A DNA stretch of 64,000 nucleotides from Vicugna vicugna (taxonomy: Eukaryota): the NCBI GenBank assembly GCA_013265495.1, contig MU058463.1:2689523-2753522 (forward strand), given 5' to 3'. The notes under the pieces are model-generated. The model was not told where the DNA came from, made no database searches, and saw only the letters and a list, made by a program, of their open reading frames with translations. Numbering within the stretch: the first letter of the stretch is position 1; every line of letters begins with the position of its first letter. Shown one piece after another: positions 49,986 to 64,000 of the stretch. The translations under genes were made by a program, and so were the position numbers.

Positions 49986-52900
49986 CCACTCCTTTGCAAC
50001 GCCAACCGTGTTCTCAAACACGACAAACAGCACTAGAGTGAAATCCTTGTAAGGACTTTATCAACTTCATTTCAATCTCTTTAATTACTCTTCATAGTAA
50101 AGAGATGCAAACAATATTTGTTAAAGGAATAAATTCTACCAAAGCCTCTCTTTCCTAAATAGTGAAATTATATTTCAAAGCAGCTGCTATCAAATGTCCC
50201 GTTAGAACTTTCATTCGAATGAGAAAATTAAACTATTAGGAAATAATTCCAAATAAAAATCTGTCAAATTTCACCTTCTTTATTTGGCACAGTGTTGAAT
50301 ACAGTCAGATTTAAAGCATATAAAGTGACATTTTCCTGACTTTTGTAAGTTAGGAAAAATGCCCTGAGCCGTGTCCCAGACCCATGACGGATCACCTTGC
50401 TCTTTCCTTATCAGCCTCCTGTGCCAAGTAATAATCAGACCATCAAGTTCAGCTTCTGACCTCCTAGATGCAAGCTGAGAAGTCTCCTGGGATTCGGATG
50501 AGCTGAGGGAGCTATTCTCTTCCCCTCAGTCTATCAGACAGACGCAGCCAACGTTAGGGAAAAATCTCTTTATACAAAGCATTTCTGATTTGCATTTTCC
50601 TGTGTGCAAAGCTAAAAGAAATCAAAGTTTTGTCATTTACCTTAAAAAGGAGTGGTGATAAACATCACCAGACAACCTTCAAATCCCTCATTGCTTTTAT
50701 AAAACTTGAGATGTAGCTCAATGTACAATGCAAGTACTTACTCAATTTCAAAAGAGTTTAAAATGTAGACTTGCAGTTTAAAAGTCCAAAGAAATAAAAC
50801 TGCACAACTGGAGCATTGTTGGAACAGACCAGAAGGAAGACTCAGGGAACGGATTTTTAGTAAGGAAACATGTCAACTCACTGATATAAAAGGAGCAAAT
50901 GCTGAAGCTGTTCTCGCCAACTTCATTCAAATTACTTGTCTCTTCTGTTATAAAACTGTGTTGGCTCGCTTGGGAGTTCTAAGATGACTGTGATTCTCCC
51001 ACAGCCCCCTCTGATCCTCATCTCCTCCCCTCTGTAACTCCTCCTGACCATAGGTAATTAACTGCAAAAGTGCCTTGATATCTATCCTTCAGCAATTATC
51101 TAGCAATAAATATTTGTGTTACTTAAGCCTTCTCTATCTGTACTTAATGCTACATCCATGTATGTTCTCTAAGGATGTTTTTAAGACCACTAATATGGTA
51201 AATCAACTCTAGTTTAATAAAAAAAAAAGACTGCTAATAGAAAGTCAATTGACTATTTTAAATTCTGTATAAAATGTAAAGGAATTCTTTCTGACTGTGA
51301 TTAGTTCAAATCATCCAGTATTAATCAAGCTCCCCTCACATCCTTAGCTAAATGCCAAGGAGGGTCACCAAATGAAAAGCGAGAGGAAATTAGTCTTTGC
51401 CAAGAAATAGGGAAGTCTCAGTCCCATCTCTGCCACCAGGTCACTGCGTAACCTTTGGCCTTTCATCTCTCTGGCTGTCAGTTTTTAAAATTAAAATAAC
51501 TAGTCCGGATAGACTTTAAGGTCTCTCCAGTATTTCAAATAATTCCTGTGTCTTTTGAGCTTTTAAGACTGTGTGTTTTTTATTTTATGCTAAGTGTGCA
51601 CATGTATGAGGTAGGGACTGAAGGAAATAAAAGGCTAAAACTGAGGGATAGAATGATAAAATATATACATATTTGTTGTTTGACAACAGAAGAGAAATCT
51701 GAAGTCAAACGGTGGACAAATACATATTGTTTATGATTATGGGACTAGAAGTATAATATTTGTAATAAATAAAAGAAGTATTTTATATCCATTTTATTCA
51801 GAAAACTATTTGCATACACAAGATGATGTGTATCTAAAATGGTGATGACAATAGATTTAACCCAAAATTATGTTAAAATATTGATAATGCAAGGGCCACT
51901 TTAAAATAAATTTTAGGACCTTGTAGGTACTTATTCTTAGTTGCAATGGGAAAACTTTTTCTCTTTAATTGGTGGTAAAACAGAGTCATAAACCAAAAGC
52001 CTATTTGACATGTGTTTACAAAGAATGACAGACCAACTGAACAATTCCCAAGGAGTTTTAATTGGAGTTACTTTAAGGGCTTGCTTCCAACTATTGCTGA
52101 AAACCCTTCCATGTTAGAGCTATGACATGGCAGTGTTATCTGTGAGCGTAGTCACAGGCTGAGGTTAGCAATGAAATCTTAATCAAGTGACATCACATTG
52201 TGGTAATTTTATTTCATCATTAATTATTCCTCCAACACAATAATCACTCAAATCTACATATACTCCAGGCTGGGCATCTTAAAATTCAGTTCCCTTTCAG
52301 GAATGTGTAGTCGTTTAGATCAACAGTTTTGATGGGTCAGATACTGCCTTTCTCATGCCACTTTTCTGGCCACATTTGGTTATCTGATAATAATATACTC
52401 AGTACACAGTTTAGGAATAACATGCTCCTCTCACTTGATCACACTGGATAAAGCAAACACAGCTTGTCTACCTAGAGTACCCTAATTCCATGGTTAAATT
52501 AAAAACTGATATTCATTCTTTTGTTCACTTGACCCCTAACTTTGTGCCAGGCATCGTCTGAGGGACCACAGCTATATCACTAACCAGAACAGAAAAAAAT
52601 ATCTTGCCTTTTAGCAACTTACACTCCAGTGTTGGGAAGGCAGATAACAAACATAATAAACACAGAAATTACCAAGTCCTATTCAAAAAGTGTCAGTTCA
52701 TATGTTGGACTATTTTCCCTTATATAAGAGTCCAGTCTAGGTTATGAATAATGCATCTTGTTTCCACAAAGGATTCAGATACTGGTATAATTAGACTCAT
52801 TTCTGAGGTCCTCCTATAGTTCATGCATCAAACACAGGCCCTTCGGGCAGCTGTGCTTGGGTCTATAGGCATGGGATGTTAAAGAAATGAGCGCAGTCAT

Positions 52901-55299
52901 GCTAACACTGCCCTGCCTCCCTTACAGATGTAGGATGACAGTGATTGCCCAAGGCATTCTAATTACAAAGCATTTAGTAGTCAGGATCTAGCACACACCT
53001 GCCAGAAACTTGAGAGGAAAGATGCTGCACCAGGATTTTTATCCTACACAGCAACCCAGCTGGAAGTCAAGTTCTAAAGATGCTGGCGGTGGTATAAAAA
53101 CCACATGCCTTCAGAGTTCAGCTGGAAGTCCCAGGAATTCTCTCCTTACAAGGGCAGGTCCGCACTCATCAGTCACAATCCCTCCTTGCACAAGAATCAG
53201 CCCCGGCCCCTGAAGCCAATGTGCTTCTGCCATCACTTGGAATTAGAGATGTGATTTTACAAAGCCTGACGACTACACTCCTCACCTGGACATATACCTG
53301 AGGGGATTCTAAACGAAGCATGTGAACTGATCCAGGAAACACAACATTTGATTGAGAGTTATACACCACTATCAAATTACTGCAAATATATGCTTTTGAA
53401 AATTAAATAACAGGTGTATGTTTAAATGGTTCCTCAAATTTAGAACTGAACATGTTCAATCATAAGTCTTAAAGTAAAAACTGCAAACTTTATAATGACT
53501 TGGAGAAATTTATTAATGAAATAAAAATTAGTATTTTCTAAGGAGATGAAAAGTTTTAAATTCACATGGCTACTGTTGTTGCTTTTTTTTTTTGCAAATC
53601 AATTTCTCTATTCATTAACACTTTTTATTTTTAGTAAGGCTTTTTTTTTCAACATTATCTCATATAAAAATCTTAGAAAACAGAAAGAAATCCCTAAAGT
53701 GGATTCTGCTTCCAGACTGTCAGAAGCAAACTTAGGGGGGAAAAGTGAAATCTATTTGCTTATTGCATATACCTGCTGTGATAATCTGATAATAATAGGA
53801 AGCATAAATAATTAACTGTTACCTCATATGCCACCATGTAGGTGGAAATCAGGAATCTCATTTTGCCCATGATCAAGTTAATGAAGCAGAACTCTACAAA
53901 ACCAAAAATTCATTGTTTCCCTACAATTTAGGAAATGCAAATTCCCAGATGGCTCCTACTGAAATCCTACTTTGTTCTTTGAATTTTTACCCATTTGTCA
54001 TAGTATCTGTAAAATATTACTTTGGAAATATTTCAAATTAAAGTTAGGAACCAAGGAGGACCTGAAATATTATCAAGCCTGTGCCCCTGCCTTGCAGCAA
54101 CCTCTCTCCTCAAATATCTTAGAGAAGTTTATATTTATCCCATTTTAAAAACATTCACTGAAAAAGATTCTACACTCCCCACTCTGGGAAACTCAATTCA
54201 GTATTAAGCAATTTCATGATTTTGAAAGTACATGCTGTATTGAACCCAAATCCATGTTGCTGTACTTTTCAATCAGTTTCCTCTATCTGTCTTTCCCATG
54301 GAGAGAGGATGACAGCCACAGCCACAGTTTTATCACCTCCTATGTAAACCCAGCTATGAGATCATGGCCAGACCCCACTATTCTTTCCCACGACAAATAT
54401 TCTAGTTCTATTAACCTTACAGCCTTATCTTCTTGTCCTAAAATCCTTACCAGCCATAAACCACTCTAGATTCAGAACAGTAGTATCTCTATCCCTTCAA
54501 GCTTGTTTCACCCAGAAATTTTGCTTCTAATTTCCTAGATATACAACTAGAATGTGTACAATTTAGTTCAGAAGCAGAAACCTCCCAATAGAGATGGATT
54601 CCTTCTGGTAGTGTCTGGATTTTTCTGCATGTGGCCTATAGAATAATTTCTGGCACCATGGACAGTGCCCTAGACCGAACAGATACATTAAAGGGAAGGG
54701 CTCATTAAAGGGAAAGTCTTCTAGTCAGAGAACATACTGGGTTACAGATTTTAGCGTGAGACTCATTAAGAAAACTTATTAAGAGTGCAGATTCACTTGG
54801 CTATGGCATACTCCGTATTCCCAAATTCTGAAATGTGAGATCTGGGCCAGAACCCAGAATCTGTGTTTTTAACAAGCCCCTGTCCACAGCATCCACCCAC
54901 AGCATCCACCCTTGAGAAAAGATTTCCTCTATCTGCCATTATCCTTTTTGTTTGGACTGACCAGAAGCAGGATTCCACCTTAAGTCAGAAAGTACAGACA
55001 AAGAAATCTCCATGGATAAACTGGGGGAATGGAAAAGCTTGGTGGAAACTTCTCAGCATAGCTGCCTCACTTTCTTTGCATTTATTTATGCACTCATTCA
55101 TTTATCCATGTGTTCACTGTGTCAGCTAACAGGTTTCAGGGTCAACAAGCCAGAGTCTCAGGATGGAGAGGGGTCCTGACCCGCATTGTGTAAGGGCCTT
55201 TGATAACAAATGAGCAGCACAAGAGTAAATACTGAGGTATAGGAATTCAAGTAAGTTATAAATCACTGTGGGCTGCACTGTCTAAAAAAGCTTCAAAAA

Positions 55300-56720
55300 A
55301 CTGTTCAGTTACTCAACAAATATTTATTGAACACCTACCGTATGGGACTGATTCATGACAAACTGTTGTGCACTTTGCTTCAGGAAGCAATGGTCTGACA
55401 ATAGAATGCATACCATGTCATTCTAGTCATTCATTTGTGAAATATTTATTGAGCACTTGCCATATACCAAATAGCCAACTAAGTGCTAAAAATTCAAAGA
55501 TGAATCGATTCAACCACAAATATTTATCAGATGCCTACTGTGTACCAAGCACTTTTCTAGACACTGAAGTACAGCAGGGAACAACCTGAAGGAAGACTCC
55601 TGTCCTTGCAGGGCTCACCATGCTACAGTGTACGTTTGGAGTGCAGAGCAAGATGAAAGCCTTTAACAAAGTAAGCTGAAGCAGTAGAATTGAGTTGCTG
55701 AGAAGAGCCATGGAGAAAAACAAAGCAGAGAAGGCAGGCAAGAATATCAGGGGTAGCAAAAGGTTGCAATCATAGGTGTCCAGAGACGTTTCACTGAGAA
55801 GATGACCTTTAGGTAAAAACCTGAAGGAGTGAGGGATGAGTCATGTGGGCACCATGGGGGAAAAGCATTCCAGGCTGAGGGAACAGCAAATACAATGACT
55901 CAGAGTACGAACATGCTTAGGGTGTTGGAGGAATTGTAAGGAGGCAACTGTAACTGGAGCAGAAGCATCAAGGGGAGGACTAATGGAAAATGAAATAACT
56001 GGTAAATGGCAGGGCCTTGTAAGACACAGCAAGCACTTTGGATTTTACTCCATGACATTGGAAGCTATCGATGAGGAAGGTGTGATCAGATTTACATTTA
56101 GGAATTCTTACAATGAGCATTCTGGCTGCTGTGTTGTGAAGAGCCTGGGGTATGGGTCTAGGGGAGAAAATGTTAGAAAACAAACAAACAAACATACAAA
56201 CAAAAAACAGTAAGAGGAGGTAGAACAATTTAAGCGAGAGATGCTGGTGGTTTGCACCAGGATAGTGGCAGTGAAAGCAGAAAGTTGTCTGATTCTGGTA
56301 TGATTTTGTGGATATAGCCAAACATTTGCTGATGGATTGGACATAAGGTGGGAAGAGGGAAAAAGGGAATTAAGGATGACTCCAAGTTTTTTAAGCTTAG
56401 AAATCTGAAGTTGCCAATATTTTACATTTTTTACATTTTTAACATACCATAAAAGAAGCAAGTTTGAGGACGATCAGGAGATCTGTTTCTGGACTTGTTT
56501 TGTGGGAGATTTTTTTAGACATTAAGAGACACTGTCAAGGAAGCCACCAGATGTTTGAGTTGAGGTTAGCTTCAAGATACAAATTTAGTTGTCACTAGGA
56601 TATAAATAGCATTTGAGGCCATGAAACTGGTGAGATCACCAAGGAATTGACTGTAAAAACATTTGGGGGCATTTCCATGTTTGGAGACCAGAAGGAGTGA
56701 CGGAACAGCTTCAAAGGAGA
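55300..56720 (-). mobile_element. L2 LINE, antisense, with several stacked 3' ends
   Basis: tcaacaaatatttattga.. repeated; aaagcattccaggctgagggaacagcaaa; ggaattaaggatgactccaagtttt. Confidence 0.85.
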
Positions 56721-56769
56721 TTGCTGTGATAACCAAAACTTTAAAATTTTCTAGAATTCCACTCTTGTC

Positions 56770-57345
56770 CCCTTCTACTTCATTTTGCATTCTGCATTTT
56801 GAGTGATCTTTCCTAAATAAAATTGAATTTCATACATCTCCACTCCCACCTGAAAACGTCTCAATATCTAATGCTTTTAGGAAAAAGTAAGATGTTCTTA
56901 CTCTGTTTTATGGAGCCCTGCATGGCCTGGCTGGCAGCCCCACTCTGCACGCTAACCTTGAAACTCTCACCCACTGCTCTTCAGACAAACCACTTTCTTT
57001 CAGTTTTTCTAAGGAAATTCCTCCTTCTTGGCACAGGGCCTTTGCACAGGACGTTTTGTTCCCCATACAGTCTTCCCTTTCCTTTTCTCCTTGTTAACCC
57101 CCTCAGAAGCCTTCCTTAATTCAGTCAGATTTTCTCTAACCTTCCCTCTGCTCTCCCAGCACCACTGACCTTTCTGCCGTAGCACTTACACAGGGCTAAG
57201 ATGTCCTTCACCTGTACGATCATCTGCTTTTTGCTTGCTTCCCCTACCAGACCATAAGTACCATGAGAGTGGAGACCTTGATCATTGTTTTACACATTCC
57301 CAGCCTCTGGCAAAGCACATGACATGAAGTAGACGCTCAATAAAT
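56770..57345 (+). mobile_element. L2 LINE 3' end, sense
   Basis: gagtgatctttcctaaa...agggcctttgcaca...gtagacgctcaataaat. Confidence 0.75.
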
Positions 57346-58489
57346 CTTTAAAGGTAGAATTAATCAATGAAGATAATTTGAAATTTCATTTCTAAAGATG
57401 GGAACCTATAACATACTCCTATTTCCCTGAATTGCTCAAGAAATTTACACACATTACCAGAAGTACCCCCACCATTGCTATAGAAAATAAGTTCACTTCC
57501 CTTCTGAAAGGCATGTTCTACATTTAACTTCTCTTGCATTTTGCTTATTTCGGAAAAAAATGCCCCTTTTTTAAGCAAGTCACAAAAGCACAGTTTCAGA
57601 CACGGACAGAGTGTGTGATGAGTCCCAGGGCAAGGGTGGAGTGTGGGAAGTCTATGCCATGACCTTGCACAAGTAAATGCCCTCAGTTTACTATGCTGCC
57701 CAAATTATGGAATCTGGATACTGGACTTGCAATAAGAAAAGGCCAGCCTGCGAGGAAGTCACAGAACCCGTGGAGAAAAGGAGCCCACTCTGCTGGGGGC
57801 TGGAATCACTGCCTGCGGGAAAAGGTGCATACAAATGAGCAGCCAGGCGAGCGCTGCACTGGTGTGCCTATCAGCCAGGCAATGCCTTCTTGTTTTTGGT
57901 CTAAAGCAATTTGTCTAGCATGGTGCACAGCTATGGGTCTCACTTTTTTTTCCCCCTGATTCAACATGATCTAAGATAGATTTTGATTGAAAAGAAAAGG
58001 CTAATTGGAATGGTTGAAGAATTTTCTTTTAGATCTTGGGGATCATATCAGCCATAGATGAAGTCCAGATACTCTGTTTAAATCAAGCACATGATGTAAA
58101 AGAAAATTCTTATTACGTGTTGAATTTTTGAAAGAATGTGGCTTCCCATCAGAAAAAGATAATAATTATCATAACATTTATATTGCATTGTAACTGTTAT
58201 TTAAAAAGCAAATACAGAGATCCTAGTATTTATCTGTGCATCTTTGTGAAAGAAATATGATTAACTCCATTTTATGGCTGAGGAAAATGAAAATGTAAGA
58301 TAATTAAAGTATGTTTACAACTAATCTGTAGTGGAATAAACTCAAATACTACAACATCTACATACTGAGCTTTATTCAATGGACAGTGGGCTTGGGGCCA
58401 GGCAGCTTTCAAAGACATGCTATGATATAAGAATCATACATATAGTAAATGAAAACACTATATAAAATCTAGCACACCATTGCCTTCAA

Positions 58490-59035
58490 TGATCAGCTCT
58501 TCCCTATGAGATGGTGTAGATCCTTTCAGAAATTCCAATTCCCACTAGTTTTAAAAGCTAGAAATGTGTAACCTCACAGAGCAGGAAGCCTTAGGTAGGG
58601 TGACCTCCAGGCATTACACAGTCAGGGTTGCAGCTCCACCTTTGGCATTTCTCTCCCCCTACATCCTCTATATCCATTTTGTCCTCGGACTGGTTTCCCT
58701 CTTGGTCACAGGACAGCAGCCAGCAACAGCTGGGATTCAGGCTTCCCTGTGCACGTCCAGCCGAAAAAGAGAAGGGGACTTTCCCTCAGTGGGATATAGA
58801 TAAAGTTTCCTTTCGTCTGATTGTTCCAACTTAGTCACATGCCCAACACAGCCCACCAATAGCAGTTGTCAGCAGAATGCCAAGTGCCTACTGGCTTCTC
58901 AGGGCACCTTTCAAGTGGTAGCAGACCCAGCTTTCCCTGAGTGAAGTGGGATGCAGGGAGGCATGGACGCCTGAATGGAAAATCCTGTTTGGAAGGAAGA
59001 GGAGTCGCTTCTGGGCAAGCAATCAGCAGCATCCA
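58490..59035 (-). mobile_element. Old MaLR LTR (MLT1K/L-like)
   Basis: ccctcttggtcacaggacagcagccagca...tctgattg...gtcacatgccca. Confidence 0.55.
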
Positions 59036-59141
59036 TCAAAAATGGTCCAAAAAAAAAAAAAAATCTAACTTTTAGTCTGAAAGCAAAAATCTGTCCAGAG
59101 AAGAATTTTTAATAACACAAATTATAATACATACCATTTAC

Positions 59142-59467
59142 CTAATTTGGAATGTTTAGTCTCTAGAAACAATCCGTTTGTCATCATTTCTGTTGTATTA
59201 TTGTTTACTTCCTCTTTCAATGGTCCTTTTTCCTCATTAAATTTTGAACCCCTTCTTGTGTCCTCTGCTTCGTCAGAGCTCCCCCGTGGTACCCAGTCCA
59301 TTACTTTACATCCAGCAGGGACCAAACCATTTGACTGGTTGCTAAATTCCGGCCAACTGGCTGCCTTGCTTCTTGGCCTTTTGGTGAAAAGCAAGCACAG
59401 CATCAGTTTAGTCGTCGTGACATCTCCTATCCAGGGAGTCTTCCCTCTCCTGGCAGGAGGACAAACC
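59142..59467 (-). other. Stop-free candidate coding exon, 108 codons, product unknown
   Basis: Acceptor cctgtag (weak pyrimidine tract), donor ag|gtaaat; in-frame stops just upstream of the acceptor; VCPPARRGK..MLCLLFTKRPRSKAASW..LETKHSKL. Confidence 0.4.
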
Positions 59468-61119
59468 CTACAGGCTAATTACTAAGCATGTGGTTTTTAA
59501 TTAATAATGCCTCTGATTAACATGGAGCAATTTTTACCTAATATAGGGTATCATGTAGACTGAAAAAATATCATTTCAAAAAACATCTCAAAGCACACTT
59601 GTTCTTATTGTACAGAAGACGCAAGTATATCTTCAGTGGTTAAAACACACACACACAGAATCACAAAATTAGGATTTTCTCTGGTGCAGTGAGTAAATTT
59701 TAAAAGATTCCAGCATGATCTAAGACAATCTTATTCTGAAGTATTGTGTGAAGGGCAATGAAGCCTGTTGGTAAATAAGGTAAATAAGTAAATAGCTTGG
59801 CCCCTCTCTGACAACGTTCTTTTTCTATAACTGTAGTTTTAGAACACTAAATAAGTGCAATGGAAGTTCGTAATTACACCTTTTTTTTTTTCTGATGGAT
59901 ATAGTTACAGGAGAGCGACAGTTGCTCAATTGTCTGCTATTGACTCAATGTGCTTAGATTAGTCCAGGAACAAAGGCCCATGTATGTTTTTGCTGATGCA
60001 AATGAAATTTCCATTATTAAAATTAAGAATTTGTATATGCTCCAGTGAATAAAGTAGTTTACATTCTCCACCTGGTTTGTCTATTCTGTTGCTTAATCTT
60101 TAAGAAACTGATGAAGTAGCCTGACTCAATTTTGCAATTCAATTCTTAAAAAATAAAAATGAAGAAGATAGGAATTGTAATGCCATCTGCATTGTAACAG
60201 TATCTTCTGCAAAACAGTAAGGCAAAGAATAAGTACTACAAAATAATACATTTTCAATAATTCCCAGTGCATCCCTACATAACTTTTTCAAATGTCTAGG
60301 TCATTTCCTAAGCATCATCCCAGTTTTTAGAAGATAATATTTAGTATCTGCATTCTTTAGAATATGTTTTAAAAGTTTAATTTTTCATCACGCCATATAT
60401 TTTAGTTTTCCTAAAGGCATCCTCATTTCTTTGAGTTAAATAATGGCCCACATGGTCTATATTAACTGTCCAATAGAAGCAGAGTCAGTGCAAATAATTG
60501 AAATCTAAAAGTAAATCCCAACTTGGTGGGTATTGAAAACTACACAAAAGCAAAGTTTTGATCAGACTTGAAGAAATATTATTAACATTAACAGTAATTG
60601 TAATAGCGCTTACTTGCTTTACATGAATTAGTTCATTTATTTTCTCATATCGACCCTGTAAGCATCATTGTTATCTCCTCTTTATAGAAGAGCAAATGGG
60701 CTCAGAGAGGCTCTGCTGCTCACTTGTAATTTCCCCTGATCTTTTTCATTCCATGTGGTCTGGTTGTTCTTAACTAATGGATGGGACAATCCGAGAGCAG
60801 TTATTATGTGATGAGCAAGAACTTCTAAAAAATCAGAGGCAAGCACAATACTCTGCAGTTCAATAATGGAGAAATTGAGACAGGAGTGAGGAGAGCAACT
60901 GACAGCCTATGGGTTTTAGCTCATATTACTGGACACCGGCTGAAGACCCTGAGATTCAGTGAGACTCTGCAGCTACATGCTGGCAAGCGCATCCTTCCCC
61001 AGTCTGGTATATCCTAGCTGCTCCCTCATATAAGGAGCAGTGTTTCCTCCTGGTATTTGATGAGAATGAAGACTTGAAACTTGGGCCCGAAATCACCACG
61101 TGAATTAAAGATTAAAATA

Positions 61120-61560
61120 CAAAATAATAATTATGAGGATAAGGCTAAAAAAATCATGAAAATACTACGAAAATACTTAAATAAATGAAGTATGGAATAA
61201 CTTTTTAAACTTAAAAAGAGAACCATAAGGAAACAAAGCAATAATTTTGATTACGTATGAATTAAACAGGGGAGAGGGAGAAAGAAAAGCATTGTAAAAA
61301 AATTTAAAAGAAATAGATAAGCAGGGGAAAATATTAAGCAACAGGTATGGCAGACAAATGGTTAATACCCTTAATACAGAAAGACTTCTTGCAAACCATT
61401 AGGAGGAAAAAAAAAAAAGCCCAATCCCTAAACACACACAGCACACAAAGATCTAAGGATGTATATAGGCAAAGAAATCATTGTAAATAGCCTAGAAATA
61501 TGATTTTTAAATGCTCATCTTCACTAATAATAACCCAATACATGCAAAATGTAATAGAAT
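61120..61560 (+). mobile_element. Old L1ME ORF2 fragment
   Basis: cagacaaatggttaatacccttaatac...aaatgctcatcttcactaataa. Confidence 0.6.
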
Positions 61561-62179
61561 AATATTTTATTGCTTCTATCAATTTTGTATTAAAGAAATA
61601 ATAAAAAAACTTTTAAAACTCATTCTCCCCTTTCCATGAGGAGATAGAATTAAGCTCTGTTTTTATAAAAACACTTTAAGCTTCAGCAAGCATAGTGTTG
61701 AATTAGAAATTTTACACTAAAGCAATTTGAAAATAAAATATATATATATTATTATAAATAGAGGAGCCATAGCTAAGATTATCCCTGTAAGATCTCTCCA
61801 AAGTGGTGTCTTTGGATATCAGCTATTTTAGTTATTTCAACCTTTTAGAAAATTTCATTGATCTTCTTTAGAAATGTCTTTTAACAGATACCTTACTTAA
61901 AACATACGGTGCCTTTGGAGCCACAAAAGTGGACGTTGCGGTGGGGAGCTTCATGCTTCATCTAACACATATTGTCTCCCAGGGCGCCCCAAGTCTAGGT
62001 GTACACAGAGGTGTGGTGTTCAGTTGTTGTTTTGACTTACCATTGGCTTCTTCTCTTAAATCTGAATGTTTACAAATATGTTTAACATTTCTTTATGTAA
62101 AGACTGAATCTATTACAAAACTAAGTATAAGTACGTTGTGTTCTATTTCATTCATGAAGACTCCCCAGGGGAAAGTACA

Positions 62180-62372
62180 GGCTTTGGCATAGGAAACACC
62201 TTGATTTAAACACTGGCTCAACCATTCACAAGCTTTGTGATCTGGGGTAAGTTATCTACAGCTTGAGTTTTTAATGTACACATTGGAATTATGGTTCCTT
62301 CTTGCATAGGTTTAAAAAGGCTTACAGAGTGTCTGGTACATGCTAGATACTCACTAAACAGTAGCTATTATT
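62180..62372 (+). mobile_element. MIR SINE
   Basis: ggctttggcat...agctttgtgatctggggtaagtta...gtgtctggtaca. Confidence 0.65.
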
Positions 62373-62407
62373 AATGAAGCAGATGGAATATGAAGATTAT
62401 TATTTAT

Positions 62408-62562
62408 ATGGTGGTAGTACATTGAATTGTACACCCAAAAAGATATGATCAAGTCCTAATTCCTGAAAACTGTTAATGTGAACTTATTTGGAAACAGATT
62501 CTTTGCTGATGCAATCAAGTTAAGATGAGGTTCTACTGGAATAGGGTGGGCCTGGAATCCAA
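62408..62562 (+). mobile_element. MaLR LTR 5' fragment (MLT1B/C-like)
   Basis: tgaattgtacacccaaaaagatatg...cttatttggaaacagattctttgc...gttaagatgaggt. Confidence 0.75.
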
Positions 62563-64000
62563 AGGAAGAAAGAATTACAACCAAGGAAAGTCAGCCCCAT
62601 AAATGATGAATGATGCTGACTGACTGATGGATATCAGCAAAAGGAAAGAAAATGGGAAGTCTGCAACACAGATTCCACTTTAATTGACCTCAAAGGTTTT
62701 GGGTTTTTTATTTAATAGAACAAAAATGGAATATTCCATCCCTTTACTCATGCAATTAAGTTTATGCATCTCCATCTTATTCTGGCATGGTTTTCTCTCC
62801 CCTACTAAAAGCCAAAATGGAAGAACTTCAAATATTTTAGAATGGATCTTGGCAATGGGTTTGTTGTTTTGTTAAAAAAATCCTTTAAGGATATATCTCC
62901 CCCAAAGAAGATAATCTTTGAGTCCCAGACCAATTAAGTGTTTTGCTGAGTTTAAGCAGCAACAGTTTTGGACTTAAGGAAAATGTTAATACCAGCACTA
63001 AAATTTATTCTGTTAATTGCTCTAATAATCAATAAGTAATTTTCATTCTAAACTAGGTTCTTTATGTGACTCAAATAAACCAACTGAAGATAATTTACAT
63101 CTGAATAACAATCCCTAATAATGTCACATCATTAAATTCCACCCTGGTTCTCAATAATGTTGGTTAGTGACCAATAAAGGGACTTATTACCTTGGTCAAG
63201 TCCTCAGGGCATAGAGTGAACCGATGGGTGAAGGATTTGCTTGTTGCCCCATGAGTCTGAGTGAGCCTTTTTTCTCCTGGGACTTTTACCACAATTTAGT
63301 TGCAGGCTGGTATTTTATCCCTCTTCTCTCTCTCTCTCCTCTTTCTCATCCACTTTCCCCCTTTCTTCCTTCCTTCCATATTTGCTTTTAAATAGAATAG
63401 TTTTGATCGTAATATAGGCAAAAGATTCACAAAGGGAAGAATCTTCCGCAGCATTCTACTTCTGCTTGCATATGATTAACAGAAAGAGCAAAATATTTTA
63501 AGAAAACCTCTGCAAGTTGAACTTCAAGTTCTTTACACTGAAAATAAAGAGAGTAGATACTGGGGAATTATCTATGCATACAGATTAATATTTAGACATT
63601 ATTTCTAAAAGAAATATTTTGGGCCTATGTTGCTAGTTTAGTTATTTATATTTTCCAAATTAAATAGCCCCTAGCTTTTTAATGCTGTGCTATAGAGTTG
63701 CAATGCTGTGGAATCCACCATGTACCAGTAAAAAGTGTTTTTATGACTAAACTGTGAATAACCGAAATAGTCAAAATCATTACTATTTTCAAGCAAATTT
63801 TTTAAAGTGCTTTTGTGATACCAACACATTTGCTACTGATATTGAGATTTTTATGTTAATTAAACAACCCCTACCCTCTCGGTGCATGCTAGATATGTAC
63901 GCTTTGTAATTATCTCCATTATTGAAATAGCTGGCTTGATTTATCCTTGCCACACTAACATTGTAGCTTCTGTTATTTTTATCTTTAGAAAAACATAGGT

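Noticed and set aside
54686..54912. Small direct repeats (cattaaagggaa x2; cacagcatccacc x2)
   Set aside because: Ordinary micro-duplications with no further structure.

Overview
AT-rich mammalian genomic DNA, most likely camelid (alpaca/llama/camel): it carries tRNA-Ala(AGC)-derived SINEs and artiodactyl-type L1 3' ends, and I saw no ruminant BovB/Bov-tA or pig PRE-1 elements. No intact protein-coding gene can be confirmed. Much of the window is interspersed repeats (L1, L2, MIR, CR1/L3, MaLR/ERVL LTRs, hAT MERs). The main signal that repeats do not explain is a chain of about 20 decayed, splice-site-bounded exons on the minus strand (~26,970 down to <1). Their translations are colinear, at low identity, with the multi-RGS-domain protein RGSL1 (RGS22/RGSL1 family; reference sequences recalled from memory). 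This suggests an unrecognised ancient RGSL1 paralogue surviving as a unitary pseudogene. Other notable items: an L1-made processed copy of an ERV transcript (PPT-U3-R-polyA with TSD), a 5'-inverted (twin-primed) L1 nested in an older L1, two probable L1 3' transductions, a perfect 70-bp tandem duplication, a CpG-retaining GATA-rich region, and two stop-free orphan exon candidates. Repeat subfamily names are approximate because they were assigned by eye.
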